Shown: positions 11,545 to 24,725 of the stretch, in pieces
Layout of the letters: every line of letters starts with the position of its first letter
Position numbering within the stretch: position 1 is the stretch's first letter
Source: Octopus sinensis
Lineage: Eukaryota
Direction of reading: 5' to 3'
Assembly: GCF_006345805.1 (NCBI RefSeq)
Contig: NW_021831889.1
Location: forward strand, 1 to 34,394
DNA: 34,394 bases
The notes under the pieces: model-generated
Databases searched by the model: none
What the model saw: only the letters and a program-made list of their open reading frames with translations
What the model was told of the DNA's origin: nothing
Translations under genes and position numbers: made by a program

Positions 11545-11711
11545 TAAAATTATAATTTAGGGTATCTATCCAGTAATTTTTTGCTAGTTTATTTTGTCTT
11601 TTTGTCTTCTCTCCTGGTGCTGTATGAACATTTAATGTGGTTTTAGAGTCAGGTTTTGGCTGCTATTTCCAGCACAGCGGTATCTCGTAGATACCCTAAA
11701 TTATAATTTTA
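11545..11711. repeat. Perfect 24-bp inverted repeat with a 119-bp spacer
   Basis: TAAAATTATAATTTAGGGTATCTA (11545-11568) and TAGATACCCTAAATTATAATTTTA (11688-11711). Confidence 0.85.
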
Positions 11712-11790
11712 ATAATTATTATTACCTTTTGAAGGTTCTTATTCCCATGCTGGCCACTTGATAAGATCGATCTTTAAATTAACGATCTTG

Positions 11791-11864
<74 letters not shown>

Positions 11865-11939
11865 TAAATTAGAGATAAAACCACTATTAGGCAAATCAAC
11901 AGTGAAAAACATAAACCAAAACATAAAAATAAAAATAAT

Positions 11940-12121
11940 TATATAATATAATATAAATAAAATAAAATAAATAAAATAAAATAAAATAAAATAAATAAAA
12001 TAAATAAAATAAATAAAATAAAATAAAATGAAATGAAATAAAATAAAATAAAATAAAATAAAATGAAATAAAATAAAATAAATAAAATAAATAAAATAAA
12101 TAAAATAAATAAAATAAAATA
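11940..12121. repeat. (AAAAT/AAAT)n microsatellite
   Basis: Direct reading. Confidence 0.9.
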
Positions 12122-13159
12122 TGTCAGAAGGTGATCTTTATATCCAACTTAACATGGATGTCTTGTTGGGACATCGAATACTACGTTGCTAGCCCTGAGA
12201 GATCCTCTCGTACAAGCGCTTGGTGAATAATATTTATAATATGATATATTATAATATATAAAATTAATATGGTTATATAACACTATAATAAATAGTTACT
12301 GCTGAGAGACACTGGGAAATAAAATTAACATACTCTAGAAACAAACGGAAGAGAGTGAAAAGCATAATGTGTACAGAAATATTATATAAAAAAATAATAT
12401 AAAAATATAATTCAAAATAAATGCGGGAATATTCTACATTATCAACAGAAAATCAGATTGAAGGAATACAGGTAGATTAAAACAGTAACACAATTTGAAA
12501 TAATATAAATAATGTCATTATCCACTGAAAATGGTGAAAAATTACAGAAAGTATAACTGATTAAAACGAATTATAGAAAACCATGAACGAATAGCTGAAC
12601 AATATCAAAGGCATACAAAGGAAATGATATAGTTTTGTGTAGATTATATATTATTTTTTCACTGTCATTGTTCTGTCATAGTTTTTGGAGCTGTTATTTT
12701 TCTCTCATTTAATTTATTTTTATTAATTAATTACATTTTAGTTTCTACTATTTTCTGTATAGATGATGAATGCAAAAGTTTATATAATGCATAGAAAGCT
12801 ATATATGATAAATGCAATATATTATATAATGAAAAGGAAATTTAATAGAGACTAGAGTATAATTAAGTAACGAACGCCTGTTGAAAAATTGTCAAAAAAA
12901 CCCCATCAAAACCACCACTGCCATCACTATTACTACCACCACCACCGCCATCACGAACAAATATGGCGAGCATGATAACAATGACATAATATGAAATAAT
13001 AATGTGGAAATATAAAATAAAAAAAAAGAAAAGAAAAAATATATGAATATTATGTATAAAATGAATATTGAAAAATTTCTAGAAAAATTTAAATGTGACT
13101 AATTAAGGAAAACAGATCCAAAATGAATTTAAAATAAACACACACACACACACAGTGAC

Positions 13160-13162
13160 ATA

Positions 13163-13194
<32 letters not shown>

Positions 13195-13221
13195 AATGAT
13201 GATGATGATGATGATGATGAC

Positions 13222-13265
<44 letters not shown>

Positions 13266-13369
13266 CGTTGGCAATGATGATGATGATGATGATGATGATG
13301 ACGACGACGACGATGAGGACGATACTGATGATGATAATGATGATGATGATGATGATGATGATAATGATT

Positions 13370-13400
<31 letters not shown>

Positions 13401-13543
13401 CGATGATGATGATGATGACGTTGGCAATGATGATGATGATAAATGTTGCTATTGTTGGCTGCAGTGGTAGTGGCTGTGGTGATGAGGATTAGTGATGGTG
13501 GAGGTGATGGTGATAGTGATGGTGGTGATGGTGGTGGTGGTGG

Positions 13544-13589
<46 letters not shown>

Positions 13590-14052
13590 GATAGTGGTCG
13601 TGGTGAGTATTATGAATTATGAGGACAATGAAGTTGACGATGACAATGTCGATGATATTGATGATGATGGTGGTGGTGATGATGATGATGATGATGAGGA
13701 GGAGGAGGATGATGAGGACGGTTATAATAAAAGATAACCATCTGAGAGGTTTAAAGGGAAGACAAAACTGAGAAGAAAGAAACATTTAGGTAGCTTGTTA
13801 TGTTACCGTTGGTATCACTGGTGATGACGCTGATGATGGTGTTGTTGTTGTGATGGCGGAGGTGGTGGTAGTGGTAGTACTGGTGGTGGTAGTAGTGGTG
13901 GTGGTTATTGTTGTTGTGATGGCGGTGGTGGTGGTAGTGGTGGTAATGGTAGAGATGTTAGTGGAATGAGTAGTAGCATTAGTGGTGATTGTGGTTAAGG
14001 TAGAGGTGGTGTTGATAGTGATGAACTGCTAGTAGTAGTAATATTAGTAGTA

Positions 14053-14103
<51 letters not shown>

Positions 14104-14270
14104 TGGTAGTACTGGTGGTGGTAGTAGTAGTAGTAGTGGTGGTTGTGGTAGTGGTAGTTGTAGTGATGGGAGGTTGTGGTGGTTGTGGTAGTGGCAGTGG
14201 TAGTAGTAGTAGCAGTAGTTGTAGTAGTAGTGGTACTGGTGGCGGTGGTGGTGGTGGTAGTGTTGGTGTG
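13160..14270. repeat. Compound trinucleotide microsatellite field (GAT, GGT, AGT)
   Basis: Direct reading. It produces spurious poly-M/poly-H/poly-V ORFs. Confidence 0.95.
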
Positions 14271-14294
14271 AAAAAAATATTGAAAAAGTCTCAC

Positions 14295-14333
14295 CAAACA
14301 CATTGGAATGTATTTCATTGAGTGACAATCATC
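14295..14333 (-). CDS. Candidate 39-nt phase-0 micro-exon (DDCHSMKYIPMCL) of an unidentified gene
   Basis: On the minus strand a ~140-nt T-rich tract ends TTTTTTCTTAAG|GAT, and the donor is TTG|GTGAGA. Only the phase-0 frame is open. No homology was recognised. Confidence 0.3.
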
Positions 14334-14495
14334 CTTAAGAAAAAAACAAACAAAAAGACAAATACAGAAGGAAAAGAAAACAAAGAATAATTGGAAGGAA
14401 AAAGAAGAAAAATGGAATAAAATAAAGAAAGCAAATAAAGAAAATACAAAAACTAAAATGAAAACAACAAAAGGAAAAGGCTTCAATTTCTTCTT

Positions 14496-15452
<957 letters not shown>

Positions 15453-15455
<3 letters not shown>

Positions 15456-15665
15456 AGAGCGTAGGACAAAATGCTTAGTGTTTCGTCGGGTTTTACGTTT
15501 TGGGCTCAAATTTTGTTCAGATCCACTTTTGCCCTTCATCCTTTCGGCTTCAATAAAACAATTAAAAACAAGCCGAGCACTGCGATTTATATAACTGACT
15601 GACCCTATCTCCAACCCCAACCCCTGGGAAATATCAGGCCTGTGTGCCTATAATAGAAAACATTA
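15453..15665 (+). mobile_element. Decayed tRNA-derived SINE, family D
   Basis: AAATGCTTAG...TTACGTTTTGGGCTCAAATT...CATCCTTTCGG...TCAGGCCTGTGTGCCTATAATAGAAAACATTATT matches the copies at 34007 and 30201 (reverse complement). Confidence 0.65.
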
Positions 15666-15768
15666 TTATCTGAATGTCTCGGGCCCGTCTGGAGTATCAA
15701 AACATACACCACCACAGGGTAAAAAAAAAGTTATGGCACGGTAGACGCAAGACGCCCGACATAAGAAC

Positions 15769-17110
15769 GTGATGCATCTTGTTAACCACCATTAGGTCCG
15801 GTCTGTTGTGCTCTAGTACCTTGATCTGTTTGGATTGAGAAGTCCTAGAGAATATTTTAAGTCTCCCTTTCCGTCCGTCCCTCTCTGCGGTTTGTAGTCA
15901 TGCCACGTCTGGCCTCTCTCTAGCCCCCATTTTTCGTATGGATTGAGAAGTCGCAGATAATTTTTTAAGTCTCCCTTTCAGTCCGTCCCTCTCTGCGGTT
16001 TGTAGTCATACCACGTCTGGCCTCTCTCTAGCCCCCATTTTTCGTATGGATTGAGAAGTCCCAGATAATTTTTTAAGTCTCCCTTTCCGTCCGTCCCTCT
16101 CTGCGGTTTGTAGTCATACCACGTCTGGCCTCTCTCTAGCCCCCATTTTTCGTATGGATTGAGAAGTCCCAGATAATTTTTTAAGTCTCCCTTTCCGTCC
16201 GTACCTCTCTGCGGTTTATAGTCATACCACGTCTGGCCTCTCTCTAGCCCCCATTTTTCGTATGGATTGAGAAGTCCCAGATAATTTTTTAAGTCTCCCT
16301 TTCCGTCCGTCCCTCTCTGCGGTTTGTAGTCATACCACGTCTGGCCTCTCTCTAGCCCCCATTTTTCGTATGGATTGAGAAGTCCCAGATAATTTTTTAA
16401 GTCTCCCTTTCCGTCCGTCCCTCTCTGCGGTTTGTAGTCATACCACGTCTGGCCTCTCTCTAGCCCCCATTTTTCGTATGGATTGAGAAGTCCCAGATAA
16501 TTTTTTAAGTCTCCCTTTCCGTCCGTCCCTCTCTGCGGTTTGTAGTCATACCACGTCTGGCCTCTCTCTAGCCCCCATTTTTCGTATGGATTGAGAAGTC
16601 CCAGATAATTTTTTAAGTCACCCTTTCCGTCCGTCCCTCTCTGCGGTTTGTAGTCATGCCACGTCTGGCCTCTCTCTAGCCCCCATTTTTCGTATGGATT
16701 GAGAAGTCCCAGATAATTTTTTAAGTCTCCCTTTCCGTCTGTACCTCTCTGCGGTTTATAGTCATACCACGTCTGGCCTCTCTCTAGCCCCCATTTTTCG
16801 TATGGATTGAGAAGTCCCAGATAATTTTTTAAGTCTCCCTTTCCGTCCGTACCTCTCTGCGGTTTATAGTCATACCACGTCTGGCCTCTCTCTAGCCCCC
16901 ATTTTTCGTATGGATTGAGAAGTCCCAGATAATTTTTTAAGTCTCCCTTTCCGTCCGTCCCTCTCTGCGGTTTGTAGTCATACCACGTCTGGCCTCTCTC
17001 TAGCCCCCATTTTTCGTATGGATTGAGAAGTCCCAGATAATTTTTTAAGTCTCCCTTTCCGTCCGTCCCTCTCTGCGGTTTGTAGTCATACCACGTCTGG
17101 CCTCTCTCTA
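15769..17110 (-). mobile_element. R4/Dong-like (RLE-type) non-LTR retrotransposon fragment whose 5' part is tandemly amplified
   Basis: The last unit continues (with frameshifts) as IL*DFSIQTDQ-VLEHNRPDLMVVNK, the WDFxIQTD...HNRPD motif opening the restriction-like endonuclease of R4/CRE/NeSL-type elements. The upstream EKWGLERGQTWYDYKP matches the region just before it in such elements. Confidence 0.8.
15831..17110 (-). repeat. 108-bp minisatellite, 11 full units plus 1 partial, nearly identical
   Basis: The period was measured directly (GCCCCCAT at 15923 and 16031). One minus frame reads (ERGQTWYDYKPQRGTDGKGDLKNYLGLLNPYEKWGL)n until a GGA>TGA change at 15978-15980. Confidence 0.97.
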
Positions 17111-17162
17111 CTACTACTACTACTACTACTACTGCTGCTACTACTACTACTACTACTACTGT

Positions 17163-17251
<89 letters not shown>

Positions 17252-17398
17252 TTACTACTACTACTACTACTACTACAACCACCATCACCACTACTACTAC
17301 GACTACTACCACCACCACCACCACCACCACCACCACCACTACTACTACTAAATAATAATGATAATAATAATAATAATAAATATTATTTATTATTATTA

Positions 17399-17492
<94 letters not shown>

Positions 17493-17508
17493 CATCATTA
17501 TTATTATT
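17109..17508. repeat. Compound microsatellite (TAC)n-(ACC)n-(AAT)n-(ATT)n
   Basis: Direct reading. The AAT-to-ATT polarity switch is at ~17380. Confidence 0.95.
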
Positions 17509-17850
17509 AAAGGCAAGGAAGAAAATACTTGTAGACTAATGGATGTAAATGTTCCCACTGATAAAAGTGTATCTGTCAAGGAATTTGACAAATTAAGTAA
17601 AATACAAAGATCTGGAAATTGAAGTACAAAAGATGTGGCATCTCAAAGCAGGAATTGTTCCTGTTAGTGTAGGTGCCCTAGGCGTGATAAAAGAGGGATG
17701 TCAGAAACAACTAAGCAACATCCCAGGAGAACCATGTCACAAAGAAATCCCAAAGATTGTGCTGACAGGTGCTGCCCATATGTTTCGAAAAACCCTGTCA
17801 GTCTAACAAGGTACCTCAACTTAAGTACCTAGTTCAACTGAATCTTAATG
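17509..17850 (+). mobile_element. 3' end of an R4/Dong-like RLE-type non-LTR retrotransposon
   Basis: KGKEENTCRLMDVNVPTDKSVSVKEFDKLSK(+1 frameshift ~17602)YKDLEIEVQKMWHLKAGIVPVSVGALGVIKEG...LTGAAHMFRKTLSV* (stop 17804-17806). This carries the RLE signature D-x-x-x-P-x-D, K..K..KY..L and VPVxxGALG. Confidence 0.85.
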
Positions 17851-17862
17851 TATATATATATA

Positions 17863-17901
<39 letters not shown>

Positions 17902-17904
17902 AAA

Positions 17905-18205
17905 TATTGAATTTCTAAATCTCTCGTAGAGACATGTACGGTGGTGGGGCGATAGAATGGTTGTATACTGTCAATCTAACAAGAACGTGACAGTAGGGGG
18001 TACACCACCGTTGTATAGCCCTAGGAGGTATCGAACGCCTCCTGACAGCTTCAACACATTTTTTCCCTGTTTCCTTATATACATATACGAAGGGGAGACA
18101 AACACCCCCAACCGCCGGAACCGCATCTAGGGACACCGTGTTTCAGGATCATTGTCCTTCATCGGCCTAGAGTAGCAGACACCGGTCGGCTGGTGATATT
18201 TGCCT
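17905..18205 (-). mobile_element. Short GC-richer ORF-less element carrying a hammerhead-like motif
   Basis: Unique block after (TA)n with several hairpins and the HHR-like motif at 18126-18171. Confidence 0.45.
18126..18171 (-). ncRNA. Type I hammerhead-like motif with a U4>C core variant
   Basis: Reverse complement: TCTAGG CCGATGA AGGA-CAATGA-TCCT GAAA CA-CGG-TG TC / CCTAGA. It has a perfect 6-bp stem I, a 4-bp stem II, a short stem III and a GUC triplet. Confidence 0.6.
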
Positions 18206-18231
18206 GGACTTCGTATCTGTATATATGTAAA

Positions 18232-18494
18232 CTCAGTGAAAATTAGCGTGCTAGTGACTGAGCAATCAACAGACACACGTACCTCTAACGTAGTTCACAG
18301 GGAAATTCAGCGTGACACAGAGTGTGACAAGGCTGGCCCTTTCAAATACAGGAACAACTCACTTTTGCCAGCTGAGTGGATAGAGCAACGTGAAATAAAG
18401 TGTCTTGCTCAAGGACACAACGCGTCGCTAGGAATCGAACTCACGACCTTACAATCGCGAGCCGAATGCCCTAACCACTAAGCCACGCGCCTTC
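18232..18494 (-). mobile_element. tRNA-derived SINE, family C
   Basis: Reverse complement head GAAGGCGCGTGGCTTAGTGGTTAG...GAGTTCGATTCC (A and B boxes), then CCTTGAGCAAGACACTT. The tail is shared with 7985-8135. Confidence 0.8.
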
Positions 18495-18540
18495 TATATA
18501 TATATATATATATATATCTTTACTAAGCCAATCGCCTTCC

Positions 18541-18576
<36 letters not shown>

Positions 18577-18583
18577 ATATTTA

Positions 18584-18659
<76 letters not shown>

Positions 18660-18663
18660 ATAT

Positions 18664-18830
18664 TTACGACGAATTTCTTCCAGTTTCCGTCTACCAAATC
18701 CACTCACAAGGCTTTGGTCGGTCCGAGGCTATAGTAGAAGACACTCACCCAAGGTGCCACGCAGTGGGACTGAACCCGGAACCATGTGGGTGAGAAGCTA
18801 ACTTCTTAACACACAGCCACATCTGCGCCT
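18664..18830 (-). mobile_element. SINE family A head, truncated at the internal microsatellite
   Basis: Matches 10190-10354. Confidence 0.85.
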
Positions 18831-19448
18831 ATGAGTAAGAATTTTAAGATTTTGTAAATAGAGAGCAGGTAAAAAAATATATATATGTTGTACGACTTTT
18901 CCTTCTTGTTCTTCGGTTTACTATTCCAGCTTCTAATCAAACCACGATTGATCTTGAAATGATTATCTCCCTTACAATTACTGGCCACCAGGGAACACTA
19001 TCTTTTCTTTTCTTTACGTTATCAGACAAATCTTATTCTGTATTAGAATCGATAGCCATATTGTAGGTGTGTAAAAGTATGGAAAAATAGAAAATTTAAT
19101 AGAAAACTGACTTTCTAAAACTCAATATAGCAGTCATTGTATTTCGGTGAATGTGATATTCGCCGTCTTTATTTTCAATATTTCATGTGCACGGACTTAG
19201 AGGAAATGTTATAATTGTCTTAATTTGGTTTTTCTTCGAAACACGTCCACCTCATCTGATTACAAAATTCTGCTGGTATTTTCAAGAAATATCTGCCAAA
19301 GTTATGTTCCGTCTTTATTTATTATTTTCCGCAAATCAAATCGTTTATTTTTTCCGTTCCATAGCCACATCACTAAAGCCACAAACCGCTTTGCTGTTTT
19401 TCGAATAATCCTCAATTTTCTGCTATCGTCGCTGCTTTCATCTTTGCT

Positions 19449-19590
19449 TTCTGAGCTCAAATACCGCCGAGGTCGACTTTACCTTTCATTCTTTCGGAGT
19501 TGATGAATTAAGTACCAGTTAAACACTGAAGTCGTCTAGTCTTCTCCCTCCAAATTTCAGACCTTCTGCCTCGCGTAGAAAATATTATTA
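19449..19590 (+). mobile_element. SINE family D, 3' part
   Basis: CTGAGCTCAAATACCGCCGAGGTCGACTTT...AGTACCAG...GTAGAAAATATTATTATT. Confidence 0.7.
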
Positions 19591-19699
19591 TTATTCATGT
19601 ACACTCATCAGATTAAACGGTTGGAAAAGCAAAACATCGGGCTACAACATGTTGCCTTAGATGCCAAGAACACTCCTATCGAGTTACAGCAAATAACCT

Positions 19700-21360
<1,661 letters not shown>

Positions 21361-21448
21361 TAGGACTATAATTACTTATCAAATCTGTTTTCTCAAATTT
21401 TCGTAAACACGATGATATAGATTATTATATAATACTATGTTATCTTAT

Positions 21449-21767
21449 TCTTTTATTGGTGTCAGTCATGTGACTGCGGTCAAGCTGGAGCCTCGCCTTG
21501 AAGGGACTTAGTGGAACAAATCGACCCCAGGACTTATTCTTTGTATCAGTCTCTTTATGTCGAGCTGCTATGTTTGGGGGGAAGGGGTATGAGTCGATTA
21601 CATCGACCCCACCCCCCACTTTTCAACTGGTTCTTGTTCCATCGACGCTGAAAGGATTGAAAGTCGAAGTCGACCTCGGCGGAATTCGAACTCAGAACTC
21701 AGCGACGGGCGAAATACGGCTAAGCATTTCCTGCAGTGGGCCAACGATTCTGCCAACTTGCTGCCTT
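21449..21767 (-). mobile_element. SINE A tail fragment (21449-21572) abutting a SINE D copy (21573-21767)
   Basis: Matches the reverse complement of ~9950-10089 and of 34007-34290 respectively. Confidence 0.7.
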
Positions 21768-21777
21768 AATGATAATA

Positions 21778-21824
<47 letters not shown>

Positions 21825-21921
21825 AATAATAATAATAATAATAATAATAATAGTAATGATGATGATGATGATGATGATGATAATGATGATGATGATGATA
21901 ATGATGATGATGATGATAATA

Positions 21922-21978
<57 letters not shown>

Positions 21979-21998
21979 TAATAATGATGATGATGATG

Positions 21999-22061
<63 letters not shown>

Positions 22062-22108
22062 TAATAATGATGATGATGATGATAATAATAATAATAATAA
22101 TAATGATA

Positions 22109-22149
<41 letters not shown>

Positions 22150-22258
22150 AATAAAAATAATAATAATAATGATAATGATGATGATAATGATGAAGATGAT
22201 GATGATGACGACGACGACGACAACGACGACAACAACAACAACAACAGCAACAACAGCA
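21768..22258. repeat. (GAT)n/(AAT)n/(AAC)n microsatellite field
   Basis: Direct reading. Confidence 0.95.
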
Positions 22259-22418
22259 TCGAAAACTACCTTAGGAATGGGAACCCAGGTTCGAAATTTC
22301 CCCGAGACACCTGATGAAGGCTGGAGGGTATATCAGCCGAAACGTTGTGTTAACAACAAACAAGATGAGGACAAATATCCTTCAAATGTAAATAATGTAA
22401 ATAATGTGCCTACTGTCA
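22259..22418 (+). mobile_element. Short ORF-less element with a hammerhead motif, ending in (TGTAAATAA)2
   Basis: Starts immediately after (AAC)n and contains the HHR at 22306-22351. The tandem 9-nt tail resembles a retroposon 3' end. Confidence 0.55.
22306..22351 (+). ncRNA. Minimal type I hammerhead ribozyme motif, complete core
   Basis: GACAC CTGATGA A GGCTG-GAGGGTATAT-CAGCC GAAA CG TT / GTGTT gives stem I ACAC:GTGT, a 5-bp stem II, a palindromic ACGT stem III and a GUU triplet. Confidence 0.75.
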
Positions 22419-23287
22419 CGCAAAGGACAAATTCGGTTATTAGCTGAGTCCATTTTCAAACTCAACCGCCGCCTTCCTTTGACCAGGAAGGAAAGGCTGC
22501 ATTTATCTACTTAGTGGTTTTACCGAAAGAGGGTTTTACCAAAAGAGATTATGCGATGGTCCAGTCTGAAAGGACGGACGATGGATACCTTTCCTGTTGG
22601 TCAATACCTCATCAACTGAGGGAAAAAAGTGCTGAATTGGGGTGAGAGGTGAAGAAGAGAGGCTTGCGTGGTCCGAGTGAACTGCCTGTAAACTGAGGTG
22701 TCGTGTATGGAGAGAGGGTATTTTCCAGAGTGATCAGGATCAGTGGCGTTTATCGGAGGACTTCTTCGATCAGATCTCGGAAGTCTCCCCACTTTTGGGG
22801 AATTATTTCTTGCTTCTAATATTTATTTCTTCTTTTTCTTTCTTCATCACATTTTACTGCTTACATGCATTTACGTTTGAACAGATGGTCAGAGAAAATA
22901 GGCATGAACCCTAGTTTAGTGCAGCACCAGAAAAGTGATATTTGGTACAACTAGGATACCTTAAGAACAGTAGTATCACTAGGGGTGGGAGCATGTGCCC
23001 CGGGCGCCGATTGAAGGGGACGCAGAATTGACCATAATACAATAAGCTTGAACTCCTTTCATAAAATTGCAATTGTAAAGATGGATCTCCAGCTTATTGT
23101 TTTATGCTGTTATTGAAGGTAAACACAATAAAATGGTTGCCTATATTCATGTCTGGACATTTTTACAAAGGGTGTCAAAAAATTACAGGTGGTACCGAAC
23201 CGGCAGGTAAATGAACCCTGGTAAAGTATTTACTCCTAAAATATTGCTTTAAAATATTAATTACTTGTAACAAATAGGAGGAGGAGG

Positions 23288-23782
23288 AGACCCCCTTCGG
23301 TCATGAATGACCATGGGATTGCACCTAGAAAGTTACCCTCCGAGGCACAAGTCCGGGAAAGGTTGTTTACGGAAGACAAGTAGTCGCTCATGCATACCAG
23401 CCTCCGCTCTCCTTGCCATTATATGTGCAGAGAGTAAAAGGCTAAAGAGGCCCTTCAGGCATGAATGACCATGGGATTGCACCTAGAAAGTTACCCTCCG
23501 AGGAACAAGTCCGGGTAAGGTTGTTTATGGAAGGCCAGCAGTCTCCCATGCATACCGGCCTGCCCTCTCCACACCACTGATGTTATCCAAGGGAAAGGCA
23601 AAGGGGCCGATACAGCTTGGCACTTGTGACATCGCAACTCGTTTCTACAGCTGAGTGAACTGGAGCAATGTGAAATAAAGTGTCTTGCTCAAGAACACAA
23701 CATGCAACTCGGTCCAGGAATCGAACTCACAACCTCAAGATCGTAAGCTCGACGCTCTAACCACTGAGCCATGCGCCTTCAC
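23288..23782 (-). mobile_element. tRNA-derived SINE, family B (23448-23782), plus a tandem extra tail copy (23288-23417)
   Basis: Reverse complement head GAAGGCGCATGGCTCAGTGGTTAG...GAGTTCGATTCC and CTTGAGCAAGACACTT. The ~125-bp tail CATGAATGACCATGGGATTGCACCTAGAAAGTTACCCTCCGAGG is present twice. Confidence 0.85.
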
Positions 23783-23949
23783 TTGCAGCAAATAAGTACT
23801 ATATAAAATCGTGTAATTGAGGCGAGGGTTGGCATTTTTGCGGGTTGCCTCGGGATGCGGTTTACCCTCTCTATGCCATTGCTTACGAAAGTTCTTGGCA
23901 TCTAAAGTTACATATTGTAGCCCGATGTTAGTGCAGTGTAGTGTATCGG

Positions 23950-24043
23950 CGATCTCGGCGGGATTTGAACTTAGAACGTAAAGACGGATGAAAAGACGCG
24001 AAGCGTTTTGTCCGGTGTGCTAACGTTTCTGCCACCATCGCCA
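23950..24043 (-). mobile_element. SINE family D head fragment
   Basis: CTCGGCGGGATTTGAACTTAGAACGTAAAGACGG...GTGCTAACGTTTCTGCCA. Confidence 0.7.
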
Positions 24044-24079
24044 CTTTAAATTAATTTTGTATTAATTATATTGCTGTCA

Positions 24080-24327
24080 CCCGGCGACGGCAACGTGTGT
24101 GTTGTGTGTACGTGTGTGTAATGTGTGTACGTGTGTGTGTGTGTGCGCGCGTATGTGTATGCGTGTGCGCATGTTGTGGCTGTGAGTGTGTGTACCTGTG
24201 TGTATGTGTGTGCGTGTGTGAGGTTGTGTGTGTGTGTGTGTGTAGGGCAAGCGTGTGAAAAGTGGGTAGATAATGACATTAAAAGATATTCACATAATCT
24301 AATGGTATATTGCATGATGGTGGCTGC

Positions 24328-24375
<48 letters not shown>

Positions 24376-24693
24376 AGCTGACATTTATTGTTGCTAATAT
24401 AGTTGTTATTATTGCTGTTGTTTGTTTTTCCATCTCAACTACTTTCCTACGCGTCCCTCTTCCTCATCTACCTTCTGTTTCTTTTTCTTCCACACTTTCT
24501 TCTTCTTCTTCTTCTTCTTCTTCTTCTTTTTCTTCTTCTTCTTCTTCTTCTTCTTCTTCTTCTTCTTCTTCTTTCTTTTCCTTCTTGTTCTTTTTCTTCT
24601 TCTTTTCCTTCTTGTTCTTTTTCTTCTTCTTCTTGTTCTTTTCCTTCTTGTTCTTTTCTTCTTCTTCTACTTCTCCTCGTCCTCATTCATCTC

Positions 24694-24725
<32 letters not shown>

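Noticed and set aside
11860-12620. Possible decayed Penelope-like element around the (AAAAT)n tract
   Set aside because: No HHR core or RT/GIY-YIG motif could be read. The resemblance rests on recall only.
15831-17110. 108-bp array as a CRISPR or as a genuine repeat-protein gene
   Set aside because: There are no unique spacers and no cas genes. The unit derives from a frameshifted retrotransposon ORF, the ORF has no ATG, and there is no credible splice acceptor.
19570-19615. Minus-strand CTGATGA with a possible GTGTA/TACGC stem; similar lone cores at ~871 and ~10664
   Set aside because: GAAA is absent at the required position. The 7-mer is expected by chance.
23710-23782. tRNA gene (also 18420-18494 and 9672-9745)
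   Set aside because: A and B boxes are present, but there is no closed acceptor stem and the sequence continues into a SINE body.
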